From NCBI GenBank assembly GCA_033764495.1, contig JANRIY010000050.1:8617-72616 (forward strand): a stretch of 64,000 bases of DNA, read 5' to 3'. A program made the position numbers and the translations under genes. The DNA is from Sphingopyxis sp. GTDB taxonomy: Bacteria > Pseudomonadota > Alphaproteobacteria > Sphingomonadales > Sphingomonadaceae. The notes beneath the pieces are model-generated. The model saw nothing but the letters and a program-made list of their open reading frames with translations. It searched no databases and had not been told where the DNA came from. Positions within the stretch are counted from its first letter, which is position 1, and each line of letters opens with the position of its first letter. This document shows, piece by piece, positions 50,338 to 59,339 of the stretch.

Positions 50338-50958
50338 ATGCCACCTTCGCGCTACCGCATTGTCGAGCGCGGCGGGCGGCTCGAAATCATCGACCGTGAA
50401 ACCGGCGAACGCCCGCAAAGTGCGGCCGAACGCATGGCCGCGCACGACGCGGCGCACGGCGACGCCGCGCTGCGTAATGACCGGCAGGAGGAACAGCGCG
50501 CCAAAACGCCGCCGCCAGCACCGGCCAATCCGGCTGCGCCCAAGCCCGCGCCGCCTAGCGATCCGATCCGTGAGCGGCTTCAGAAGAAAGCCTCACCTGG
50601 GCAACCCAAGGGCGAAGCCAAACCGCCGCGCGCCAAGCATCCGGCTGACCCGCCGATGCAGCGTCCCGCACAAACCGCTTCCTCGCTCGTAAAAGGCACT
50701 TTCGTCACTGGCAAATGGTGGGACAGCAAAGGCCCGCGCAGCGTAGCTTTGGGGGAAAAGGGCAAGGCCAAACTTGGCAACGGCTTGATGACCGCGCTCA
50801 TCATCGGCTTCTTCATCCTGATCGCGCTCATCGTCGTCCAGCCCGCGCTGTTGCTGGTCGCCGCTTTCGTGCTGTTCCGCTTCGGCGGCACGATCGTTGG
50901 CCCCATCGGCGCCTGGCTGATCGACGACGCTATCAAGGCCGACGGCGGAACAGCTTAG
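50338..50958 (+). CDS. hypothetical membrane protein (basic/Pro-rich linker, two C-terminal TM segments)
   Basis: ATG at 50338, 4 nt after the ribH stop. The N-terminus MPPSRYRIVERGGRLEIIDRETGE is followed by a low-complexity region and then LMTALIIGFFILIALIVVQPALLLVAAFVLF. Confidence 0.5.
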   Translation: MPPSRYRIVERGGRLEIIDRETGERPQSAAERMAAHDAAHGDAALRNDRQEEQRAKTPPPAPANPAAPKPAPPSDPIRERLQKKASPGQPKGEAKPPRAKHPADPPMQRPAQTASSLVKGTFVTGKWWDSKGPRSVALGEKGKAKLGNGLMTALIIGFFILIALIVVQPALLLVAAFVLFRFGGTIVGPIGAWLIDDAIKADGGTA

Positions 50959-51043
50959 CCAAGCCCCAACGTGGTTATTCCGGCAAGAGCTGAAACCGGC
51001 GGCGGGAGCGAAGTGATTTCTTACCCTTCGCGCGCAACGAAAC

Positions 51044-52135
51044 CTATGCCGCTGCCCCCGTCAGCGCCGGAAAGTCGGTGTAGCCCTCGGCGCCCGGCCC
51101 ATACCAGTCGCGCGGGCTTGACGGGGTAAAGGGCGCGCCGGTGCGCAACCGCTCAACCAGATCGGGAGCACCGATAAACGGACGACCATAGCTAATCGCA
51201 TCGGCGAGACCCGACGCCAGATCTTCGGCAAAATTCTCGCCGTCATATTCCTGGTTCAGCACCAGCGGCGCATGGAACACTTTGCGGATATCGGGCGACA
51301 CGCGCGGCACATCGCTTTGCCCGAAATCGCCATATGGCTTTTGCTCGCGCAGCTCGAGGAAAGCGATGCCGATGCGCTGCAATTCTGCGGCGGCGGCGGT
51401 AAACAGCGCCACTGGATTGCTGTCGTCGGCCCCTTGCGTTTCGCCATTGGGCGACAGCCGCACCGCAGTGCGATCTGCACCGACGGTATCGGCCACCGCC
51501 TGTGTCACTTCAGCGAGCAGGCGGATACGGTTCTCGATCGGCCCGCCATAGGCATCATCGCGGAAATTGCTGTTGTCGCGCAAAAACTGGTCGATAAGAT
51601 AGCCGTTGGCTGCATGGATCTGCACCCCGTCAAAGCCCGCGCGCATCGTATTCTTGGCAGCATGGACATAATCGCCAATGACGCGCGGGATCTCGTCGAG
51701 TCGCAGCGCTCGCGCCTCGACATAATCTTTTTTGCCTTCGGCGGTGTGGGCAAAGCCCGGCGCTTTGGTTGCCGACGACGACACCGGTGGCTCGCCGCCC
51801 AGGAAATCCGAATGGACGAGGCGGCCCATATGCCACAGCTGCAAGATGATGCGCCCGCCTGCATCGCGCACTGCGCCAGTCACCGGCTTCCACGCCTCGA
51901 CTTGTTCATCGGACCAGATGCCCGGTGCTGCGGGCCAACCCGACCCTTCTTGGCTAATCCCTGTGGCCTCGGCGATAATCAACCCGGCGGCGGCGCGCTG
52001 GCTGTAATATTCGGCCTTGAGTGCGGTGATGGGTACATGCCCCGCGCTCGACCGCCCGCGCGTCAGCGGCGCCATCAAAATGCGATTTGGGGCAGACACC
52101 GCACCCAGCTGGATAGGATCGAACAGGCTGGTCAT
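51044..52135 (-). CDS. Old Yellow Enzyme family NADH:flavin oxidoreductase (N-ethylmaleimide reductase-like)
   Basis: ATG at 52133-52135 (MTSLFDPIQLG...NRILMAPLTRGR). HAANGYLIDQFL motif. GGAGGA as RBS. Confidence 0.85.
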   Translation of the reverse strand: MTSLFDPIQLGAVSAPNRILMAPLTRGRSSAGHVPITALKAEYYSQRAAAGLIIAEATGISQEGSGWPAAPGIWSDEQVEAWKPVTGAVRDAGGRIILQLWHMGRLVHSDFLGGEPPVSSSATKAPGFAHTAEGKKDYVEARALRLDEIPRVIGDYVHAAKNTMRAGFDGVQIHAANGYLIDQFLRDNSNFRDDAYGGPIENRIRLLAEVTQAVADTVGADRTAVRLSPNGETQGADDSNPVALFTAAAAELQRIGIAFLELREQKPYGDFGQSDVPRVSPDIRKVFHAPLVLNQEYDGENFAEDLASGLADAISYGRPFIGAPDLVERLRTGAPFTPSSPRDWYGPGAEGYTDFPALTGAAA

Positions 52136-52196
52136 GGGGGCGTTTCCTCCTTGCATTGCAGTTTGCAACCTTCTGCCCGTCAGCTAAGCGCGCGCC

Positions 52197-53114
52197 ATGA
52201 CCGATGCAAGCGCTCCGCAAGACAAGTTAATCTTTGCCCCTGCCAAGCGCGGCAGTGCGGGCCTTGCCTTTGCGGCACTGATCCTCGGCAATGTCGCTAT
52301 CGCCTTCGGCCCGCTGCTCGTCCGACTGGCCGACACCGGGCCGATTGCCACAGGCTTCTGGCGACTTGCGCTCGCCGCGCCGCTGCTCGCGCTGATCGGA
52401 TGGCGCGCCGGATTTCGTCCGCATCAGCTCGGTGGCGGCGTGACCGCGTTGTTGTTGTTCGCGGGGGCCTTGTTTGCCGCTGACATCATTGCCTGGCACC
52501 TCGGCATTTTCCAGACCAAGCTCGGCAACGCCACCCTCCTCGCCAATTGTGCAAGTTTGCTGCTCGCCATTTATGGTGTGGTGCTCGCCCGCCGCCTGCC
52601 CACGCCGATGCAGGGAACAGCCATGCTATTGGCGTTCGGCGGCGCGGCGCTGCTTATGCTGCAAAGTTTCGAACTCTCGCCTCGTCATTTCAACGGCGAT
52701 CTGCTCAGCCTGCTCGCAGGCCTGTTCTACACTTTCTATCTCGTCGCGATGATGCGCGCGCGCGAACATACCGAAAGCTGGATGGCGCTCGCTATCGCCA
52801 GCGCCGTCGCCGCAGCGCTGCTGCTCCCCGCAGCAATTTACGCGGGCGAACGGGTGTGGCCTGGTGACTGGACCCCGCTGATCATCCTGGCGCTCACCAG
52901 CCAGATTGTGGGGCAAGGGTTGCTCACTTTTGCCATGCCGCATGTCAGCCCGCTGGTGCTGGGTCTTGCGCTGCTGCTCCAGCCCGCTTTGTCGGCCTTT
53001 GCCGGCTGGTGGGCTTTCGGCGAAGCGCTGACTCTGCTCGATTTCATCGGTGGCGCGATGGTGATGGCGGCGCTCATACTCGTGCGCCTTGCCGACAGGC
53101 CCGGGCGGGCCTAG
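52197..53114 (+). CDS. DMT-superfamily (EamA-like) transporter
   Basis: About ten predicted TM segments arranged as two EamA-like halves. Confidence 0.8.
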   Translation: MTDASAPQDKLIFAPAKRGSAGLAFAALILGNVAIAFGPLLVRLADTGPIATGFWRLALAAPLLALIGWRAGFRPHQLGGGVTALLLFAGALFAADIIAWHLGIFQTKLGNATLLANCASLLLAIYGVVLARRLPTPMQGTAMLLAFGGAALLMLQSFELSPRHFNGDLLSLLAGLFYTFYLVAMMRAREHTESWMALAIASAVAAALLLPAAIYAGERVWPGDWTPLIILALTSQIVGQGLLTFAMPHVSPLVLGLALLLQPALSAFAGWWAFGEALTLLDFIGGAMVMAALILVRLADRPGRA

Positions 53115-53123
53115 ATTGCCGCT

Positions 53124-53789
53124 ATGACCAGCGTTCTCCCCGCCGACCCCACGCTCGATGAAATCCGCGCCGCGCTTGCGCCCGCCATTGCGCAGGCCGC
53201 CGCCTTCGACGGCTTCACGCCGCTCGCCATCGCCAACGCGGCGCAGGGTGCAGGCGTCGACCCCGACGTCGCCCAGCTCGCCTTCCCCGGCGGCGCGGCG
53301 GATATGGTTGATGCCTGGTTCGCCGGCGTCGATGCCGAAATGCTCGAACGCCTGCCCGCCGAACAGCTGGCCGCGATGAAGATCCGCGATCGCATCACAT
53401 CGCTGGTCGAAGCGCGGCTCGACATTCTCGCGCCGAACCGCGAATCGCTCCGCCGGGCGCTAGGCGTGCTGGCCCTCCCTTCCAATGTTGCCCTTGCTGC
53501 ACGGCTTGGCTGGCGCGCGGCCGATACCATGTGGGCGGCGGCGGGCGACACTGCCACCGATTTCAACCATTACAGCAAACGTGCGATCCTCGGCAGCGTC
53601 TATGCCGCGACCATGGCGGTGTTTCTGAACGACGAAAGCGATGGCCATGCCGACACCTGCGCTTTCCTCGCCCGCCGCATCGCGGGGGTGATGAAGTTCG
53701 AAAGCTGGAAGCATCGCCGCAATGTAGCCAAATTGGAACGGCCCAGCCTCACGCGCTTTATCGGCCGGCTGCGCTATTCGGGGAAATAA
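53124..53789 (+). CDS. COQ9 family protein
   Basis: A 221-aa helical protein. ...FDGFT..A...AA...G.D......FP.G..D.V..W...D..M... and ...D.N.Y.KR..L..VY..T fit the alphaproteobacterial COQ9 homologues. Confidence 0.65.
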   Translation: MTSVLPADPTLDEIRAALAPAIAQAAAFDGFTPLAIANAAQGAGVDPDVAQLAFPGGAADMVDAWFAGVDAEMLERLPAEQLAAMKIRDRITSLVEARLDILAPNRESLRRALGVLALPSNVALAARLGWRAADTMWAAAGDTATDFNHYSKRAILGSVYAATMAVFLNDESDGHADTCAFLARRIAGVMKFESWKHRRNVAKLERPSLTRFIGRLRYSGK

Positions 53790-53827
53790 GCGCGGCCTGC
53801 TGCGTTATCGACTCGCCAAGCCCAATT

Positions 53828-53846
53828 TCTATTGATAATCGCTCGC
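53828..53846. promoter_or_regulatory. weak Fur-box-like sequence upstream of feoA
   Basis: TCTATTGATAATCGCTCGC matches 12/19 positions of GATAATGATAATCATTATC, with the central GATAATC perfect. It ends 2 nt before the feoA ATG. Confidence 0.3.
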
Positions 53847-53848
53847 AA

Positions 53849-54094
53849 ATGGAAACCACGCTGGACCGGCTGCCGCTCGGTCAAACTGCCCGCATCATCG
53901 CCATCGACTGGGACGCGCTCGACGTTGCCGAAGGGCGGCGGCTGCGCGAGCTGGGGCTGCTCGACGGCACCGAACTGACCGCACTCCATCGCGGCGGGCT
54001 GTTTTGGCGCGATCCGCTCGCCGTCGCTATCGGCCGCATGCGCATCGCCATTCGTGCGCGCCACGCTGCCGCCATCCGGGTAGAGCAGATATGA
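53849..54094 (+). CDS. feoA: ferrous iron transport protein A
   Basis: The internal ATG at 53849 gives METTLDRLPLGQTARIIAI......RRLRELGLLDGTEL (81 aa), a FeoA SH3-like domain. Confidence 0.8.
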   Translation: METTLDRLPLGQTARIIAIDWDALDVAEGRRLRELGLLDGTELTALHRGGLFWRDPLAVAIGRMRIAIRARHAAAIRVEQI

Positions 54095-54122
54095 CCCGCG
54101 CGGTGCATCTTGGGGCGCGCGC

Positions 54123-55985
54123 ATGACAAACGCTGCCCCACTCGTCGCGCTGGTTGGCAATCCCAATGCGGGCAAGTCCAGCCTGTTCAACGCGCTCACC
54201 GGCGCGCGCCAGAAAATCGCCAATTATCCCGGCGTCACCGTCGAACGGCACAGCGGGCGCACCGCTTTTGCCGACGGCCGCCCGCTCGAACTCATCGATC
54301 TGCCGGGCAGCTACAGCCTCACCCCCGCCAGCCTTGACGAGGCGGTCACGCGCGACGTCGTGCTGGGCCAGCAAGCGGGGGAACGCCGCCCCGATGCGCT
54401 GATTGTGGTGGTCGATGCAGGCAATTTGGATCAGCATCTCTGTTTCGCGCTCGAACTGATCGGCCAGGGCTTGCCCGTGGTGATCGCGCTCAACATGGTC
54501 GATATGGCCGCGCGCGACGGGCTGGAACTCGACGCTGCTGTGCTCGCTGCCGGGCTCGGCGTGCCGGTGCTGCCGACCGTCGCGGTGCGCAAGCGCGGGC
54601 TCGATGCGCTGCTCGACGCGCTCGATGGGGCGTTGAAAAAGGGCGCCGCTGCGCCCCCTGCCGCCAACGACGATCAACGCGCGCTGCATCATCAGGCCCG
54701 CGCCCTCGCCCGAGCGGCCATCGTCCGCGAAGCGCCCGCGCGGCGCTGGACCCAGGCGCTCGACCGCGTGCTGCTGCATCCGGTGGCGGGCTTTGCCATC
54801 CTGCTCGCGCTCTTGTTCGTCATGTTTCAGGCGGTGTTTGCCTGGGCCACGCCCTTTGCCGACGCGCTCGAAGGCGGCATCGGCATGGTGCAGGGACTGG
54901 TTGTGGATGCCATGCCCGACGGCTTTTGGCGCGGGTTGATTGTCGAAGGTCTGCTCGGCGGCGTCGGCTCGGTGGTGGTCTTCCTGCCGCAAATCTTGAT
55001 CCTCTTCCTCTTCATCCTGCTGCTCGAGGCGTCGGGCTATATGACGCGCGCGGCCTTTCTGATGGACGGGCTGATGGCCAAGGTCGGCCTGTCGGGGCGC
55101 GGCTTCATCCCGCTCCTCTCCAGCTTCGCCTGCGCCATTCCCGGCATCATGGCGACGCGCGCCATGCCCGATGCGCAGGACCGGCTGACCACCATCCTAG
55201 TCGCGCCGCTGATGACCTGTTCGGCGCGGTTGCCTGTTTATGCCGTCATCATCGCGGCTTTCATCCCCTCGACCAATGTCGGCGGAACGCCCATCGGCAT
55301 GCAGGGACTGATCCTGTTCGGACTCTATCTTTTCGGCATCGTCGGCGCGTTGCTCGTCGCGCTGGTGCTGCGCCGCACGGTGACCAAGGGGAATACGGCG
55401 GGGATGATGATGGAATTGCCGCGCTACCAAATGCCGCGTGTGGGCGATGTCCTGCTGGGCCTGTGGCAGCGCGCCTGGGCCTTCCTGCGCCGCGCGGGGA
55501 CCATCATTCTTGCCACCACGGTCGTCCTATGGCTGCTCCTCACTTACCCCAAGGTGCCACCGGGCAGCGAGGTCAGCCAGGTTGATTACAGCGTCGCCGG
55601 GCGCATCGCTTCGGGGCTGGAAGTCGTCGTCAAACCTATCGGCTTCAACCACGACATCGCGCTCGCGCTGATCCCGGCGATGGCGGCGCGCGAGGTCGCG
55701 GTGGCCGCGCTTGCCACCGCCAATGCGGTGGATGCGGGCGATGATGAGGAAGCCATGGCAACCGCGCTGGGTGATACGCTGGCGGGCAAATGGTCGCTCG
55801 CCACCGCGCTTGCCTTCCTCGCCTGGTTCGTCTTTGCGCCGCAATGCATCTCGACCATCGCTGTCACGCGCCGCGAAACCGGCGGGTGGAAATGGCCATT
55901 GTTCATGGTTGGCTATTTGTTCGCGCTGGCCTATGCCGCTGCGGGTATCACCTACTGGACGGCCGTCGCCCTCGGGCTTGGCTGA
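54123..55985 (+). CDS. feoB: ferrous iron transporter FeoB
   Basis: G-domain [24 protein letters not shown] and NMVD motifs, followed by a polytopic membrane domain. Confidence 0.95.
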   Translation: MTNAAPLVALVGNPNAGKSSLFNALTGARQKIANYPGVTVERHSGRTAFADGRPLELIDLPGSYSLTPASLDEAVTRDVVLGQQAGERRPDALIVVVDAGNLDQHLCFALELIGQGLPVVIALNMVDMAARDGLELDAAVLAAGLGVPVLPTVAVRKRGLDALLDALDGALKKGAAAPPAANDDQRALHHQARALARAAIVREAPARRWTQALDRVLLHPVAGFAILLALLFVMFQAVFAWATPFADALEGGIGMVQGLVVDAMPDGFWRGLIVEGLLGGVGSVVVFLPQILILFLFILLLEASGYMTRAAFLMDGLMAKVGLSGRGFIPLLSSFACAIPGIMATRAMPDAQDRLTTILVAPLMTCSARLPVYAVIIAAFIPSTNVGGTPIGMQGLILFGLYLFGIVGALLVALVLRRTVTKGNTAGMMMELPRYQMPRVGDVLLGLWQRAWAFLRRAGTIILATTVVLWLLLTYPKVPPGSEVSQVDYSVAGRIASGLEVVVKPIGFNHDIALALIPAMAAREVAVAALATANAVDAGDDEEAMATALGDTLAGKWSLATALAFLAWFVFAPQCISTIAVTRRETGGWKWPLFMVGYLFALAYAAAGITYWTAVALGLG

Positions 55986-56014
55986 CCCATGAAAATTCGG
56001 GAGCAAATGGGGCC

Positions 56015-56527
56015 ATGGCTGGCAGCGTCAACAAAGTCATCTTGATCGGCAATCTGGGCAAGGACCCGGAAATCAAATCCTTCCAGAACGGCGGCAAAAT
56101 CGCCAATTTCAGCATCGCCACGTCCGAACAGTGGAAGGACAAGATGACCGGCGAGCGCAAGGAACGCACCGAATGGCACAATATCGTCATCAACGGTGAC
56201 GGGCTGGTCGGCGTGGTCGAACGCTACCTCAAAAAGGGCAGCAAGGTCTACATCGAAGGCTCACTGCGCACCCGCAAGTGGCAGGACCGCGACGGCAACG
56301 ACCGCTACACCACTGAGGTGGTGGTTGCGGGAATGAGCGGCGCGCTCACTATGCTCGACGGTGCGCCCGGCGGCGGTGGCGGCGGCGCACGCAGCAACGA
56401 CGGCTGGGGCAATGGCGGCGGATCCGGCGGCAGCAGCTGGGATCAGGGCGGCGGTGCGCCGTCGGGCAGCAGCGGCGGCTCGCGCGCGCCCTTTGACGAT
56501 GATCTCGACGACGACGTGCCCTTCTGA
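56015..56527 (+). CDS. ssb: single-stranded DNA-binding protein
   Basis: ATG at 56015 ([19 protein letters not shown]...). Gly-rich linker and acidic tip [10 protein letters not shown]. Confidence 0.95.
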   Translation: MAGSVNKVILIGNLGKDPEIKSFQNGGKIANFSIATSEQWKDKMTGERKERTEWHNIVINGDGLVGVVERYLKKGSKVYIEGSLRTRKWQDRDGNDRYTTEVVVAGMSGALTMLDGAPGGGGGGARSNDGWGNGGGSGGSSWDQGGGAPSGSSGGSRAPFDDDLDDDVPF

Positions 56528-56535
56528 GACATGGC

Positions 56536-57009
56536 ATGGCGGCCCTTTCGCCGATCACCGCCATCGATGTCTGCCGCGGCGTTGCCCGCCTGTTTGCACA
56601 GGCGGGGCTGGTGGCCATTCCCGAAGTGCCACTCCCAAACGGCCGCCGCGCCGACCTGCTCGCGATTGATGCCAAGGGCCAAATCACGATTGTCGAGGTC
56701 AAGGTCAGCCGCGCCGACCTGCACGGCGATGGCAAATGGCCCGACTATTGCGACTGGTGCGACCGCTTTTATTGGGCGCTCGCCGAGGGGCTAGATCCCG
56801 CGATCCTCGATACGCCGCCCTATCGCCCCGAAATGGCGGGGCTGATCATCGCCGATCGCTATGGCGCAGCGCTGGTGCGCGAAGCGGCCGTCGAGCCAAT
56901 CGCCAGCGCCCGCCGCAAGGCCGAGCTGCTGCGGGTGGCGCGGCTGGCGATGCGGCGGTTAATGGTCGCCAATGACCCCGATCTCGCCGCCGACTGGGCC
57001 GGCGGCTAG
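56536..57009 (+). CDS. MmcB family DNA repair protein (PD-(D/E)xK-like)
   Basis: GRRADLLAIDAKGQITIVEVKVSRADL......KW.DY...CD.FYWA fits the MmcB/DUF2161-type family. Confidence 0.65.
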   Translation: MAALSPITAIDVCRGVARLFAQAGLVAIPEVPLPNGRRADLLAIDAKGQITIVEVKVSRADLHGDGKWPDYCDWCDRFYWALAEGLDPAILDTPPYRPEMAGLIIADRYGAALVREAAVEPIASARRKAELLRVARLAMRRLMVANDPDLAADWAGG

Positions 57010-57034
57010 CCGCGCGCCTGCAAATCCCTATCCT

Positions 57035-57063
57035 CGTTATCCCGAATCAAGTCCGGGATGACG
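57035..57063. repeat. solo REP unit
   Basis: CGTTATCCCGAATCAAGTCCGGGATGACG has the stem ATCCCG/CGGGAT. Same family ends as the 931 and 28541 doublets. Confidence 0.6.
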
Positions 57064-57095
57064 AAATTTGTAGCGCTAGAACCGACATCAGCGCG

Positions 57096-57710
57096 TCAAC
57101 CCCGCGCCTGCATCCGCTGCAGATAGCGCGCGAGCACGTCGATCTCCAGATTGACCGGCCGCCCAGGTGCTGCTTCGTCCAGCGTAGTCATTGCGCGGGT
57201 GTGCGGGATAATGTTCAGCGTGAAATGCGCGCGGCCGTCGCTCTGATCCGCCACGCTGTTGACCGTCAACGACACGCCGTCGACTGTTACCGAGCCCTTG
57301 GCGGCCAGATAGGGCGCGATTTCGGCCGGGGCGGCAATGGTGACCACCCAGCTGTCGCCGCTCGGTACGATGCTGACCACTTCGCCCACCCCGTCGACGT
57401 GGCCGGTAACGATATGCCCACCCAACTCGTCGCCGACTTTCAGCGCGCGTTCCAGGTTCAGGCGGACGCCGGCATCCCACATCCCCGGCGCGGTACGCGC
57501 CTGCGTCTCGGCGCTGGCATCGACCGCGAACCAGTGCCCATCGGCGTCGCTGCCCTTGTCCACGACCGTCAGGCACGCCCCCGAACAGGCGATCGACGCG
57601 CCGATCGCAATGCCGGCCGGGTCATAGGCGGTGCCGATCACCAGCCGCAAATCGCCACGCTCCTCGCGCGCGCGAACGGTGCCAATGTCGGTGATAATGC
57701 CGGTAAACAT
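57096..57710 (-). CDS. ribE: riboflavin synthase
   Basis: ATG at 57708-57710 gives the canonical MFTGIITDIG. The TTG at 57722 in the ORF track is rejected. Confidence 0.9.
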   Translation of the reverse strand: MFTGIITDIGTVRAREERGDLRLVIGTAYDPAGIAIGASIACSGACLTVVDKGSDADGHWFAVDASAETQARTAPGMWDAGVRLNLERALKVGDELGGHIVTGHVDGVGEVVSIVPSGDSWVVTIAAPAEIAPYLAAKGSVTVDGVSLTVNSVADQSDGRAHFTLNIIPHTRAMTTLDEAAPGRPVNLEIDVLARYLQRMQARG

Positions 57711-57718
57711 GGTTGGGC

Positions 57719-58708
57719 TCAATCCTCTCGCACCGCGTCGTAGACGGCCAGCCGGTCGCTGCCAAGCATCCGGCTGTCGCTGAGCTGCCAGCGTCCGTGC
57801 GCATCCGCCAGGTCGTCGAGGCCAAGGTCGGACAGCGCGCTGCGCCCTGCACCGATCAGGATCGGGGCCTGATAATGCAGCAGCCGGTCAACGCGCCCTG
57901 CGCGCAGGAAAGCAGCGGCGGTCTGCGCTCCGCCTTCGACCAGCAGCGATTCGACGCCGAGCAGCCTATCAGTCGCCTCGGGGCTGGCAACCGCAGTCCA
58001 GCCCTTGGGCGCACTACCGCTGGTGAGCACTAGTCGCTGTGGGCTGCGCCCCTCCAGCCCCCGCAGACGGACATCAAGAAGCGGCGCGTCGGCTTCCAAA
58101 GTCCCGCGCCCGACCAAGATCGCATCGTGCCGCGCGCGCTCCAGATGTCCGTGCGCCCGTGCTCGCTCGCCAGTGATCCAGCGACTCTGGCCATCCGCGC
58201 GCGCGATCATCCCGTCCAGTGAAGTTGCGATTTTCAGCGTGATGAAGGGCCGACTGCGCTCGACGCGCGACAGCCACGGGGCCATGCTAGCGTGCGCTGC
58301 CGTGCCGCCAATGCCTTCGATCACCTCCACGCCGGCGGCATGCAGGCGTGCAATACCTTGTCCGGCTGTGCGCACATCAGGGTCGGCCAGCGCGGCCACC
58401 AGGCGGGCAACCCCTGCCGCGATTAGACTGTTCGCACAGGCAGGCCCGCGCTCGCTGACATGCGCGCATGGCTCCAGCGTGACATATGCGGTGGCACCGC
58501 GCGCCGCCGCTCCCGCCTCGGCCAGTGCCATCGCCTCGGCGTGCGGGCGGCCGCCGGGCTGAGTCCACCCGCGCCCGACGACTCGGCCTTCGTTCACCAG
58601 CACACATCCGACATTGGGATTGGGGGTCGTCCGCGCCGCCCCGCGCGCCGCCAGCGCTAACGCCGCTGCCATCCAGCGGGCATCATCCGGGTCTGCGGCC
58701 TTGCTCAA
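57719..58708 (-). CDS. ribD: bifunctional diaminohydroxyphosphoribosylaminopyrimidine deaminase / 5-amino-6-(5-phosphoribosylamino)uracil reductase
   Basis: Deaminase zinc motifs HAE and TLEPCAH, plus the reductase half. TTG start at 58708 overlaps the upstream stop (TTGA). Confidence 0.9.
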   Translation of the reverse strand: MSKAADPDDARWMAAALALAARGAARTTPNPNVGCVLVNEGRVVGRGWTQPGGRPHAEAMALAEAGAAARGATAYVTLEPCAHVSERGPACANSLIAAGVARLVAALADPDVRTAGQGIARLHAAGVEVIEGIGGTAAHASMAPWLSRVERSRPFITLKIATSLDGMIARADGQSRWITGERARAHGHLERARHDAILVGRGTLEADAPLLDVRLRGLEGRSPQRLVLTSGSAPKGWTAVASPEATDRLLGVESLLVEGGAQTAAAFLRAGRVDRLLHYQAPILIGAGRSALSDLGLDDLADAHGRWQLSDSRMLGSDRLAVYDAVRED

Positions 58709-59163
58709 CGCGGCGGTGGTGCGCCGCGCGCGGCGCGCTCGGCCAGGGTGGATCGCTTGACTTCGGGCCGTTTGCCAATTGCGTCGGCTTCGGCCCCCAA
58801 TGTCTCGCGCGTCAGCTTGTCGGCCTCGGTCGAATCATATTCGATGCCAAGCGACTTGGCGAGTTCCTGGTAATTGCGCCGCCGCTCGGCGTTGCGCCGG
58901 GTGGTCTCCTTGGCGCGCGCGATCCAATCGGCGCGCACTTCGGCATCGCTGCGATCGGCCTTCCAGCTCTCGAAATAGACGATGCTCGCGCGTGGCGGAT
59001 CGTAACGGATCAGTTTCTCAGAAAAACCCCAGAAAACAACCGCCGCCAGTGCGGCCGCAACGCCGAGCAGCGGCCAGCGGTGTGGGCGTGGTTCACGGAT
59101 ATAGGCCCAGAAATCACTCGCCCCGCCCGCTACATCCCAATTGCCAAACATGCGCATGACCAT
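58705..59163 (-). CDS. hypothetical single-pass membrane protein, first gene of the ribD-ribE operon
   Basis: One TM (WPLLGVAAALAAVVFWGF) followed by a charged helical tail. No family recognised. The start could be 59163, 59157 or 59151. Confidence 0.45.
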   Translation of the reverse strand: MVMRMFGNWDVAGGASDFWAYIREPRPHRWPLLGVAAALAAVVFWGFSEKLIRYDPPRASIVYFESWKADRSDAEVRADWIARAKETTRRNAERRRNYQELAKSLGIEYDSTEADKLTRETLGAEADAIGKRPEVKRSTLAERAARGAPPPR

Positions 59164-59339
59164 GATTTAGGCGATTCGGCGCGGCGTTGCCAGACATTGA
59201 TGCGCAAGCCGTCATTCCCATTTGCCCAAGATAAACCGGCACCGAACGCCGCTGCTTGCTAAAATGCGATTGCAAATTCTGCAATTGTGAATGTGCATTT
59301 CGCAGTTGCACAATGAATGCTGCACTGCAATATCAGCCC

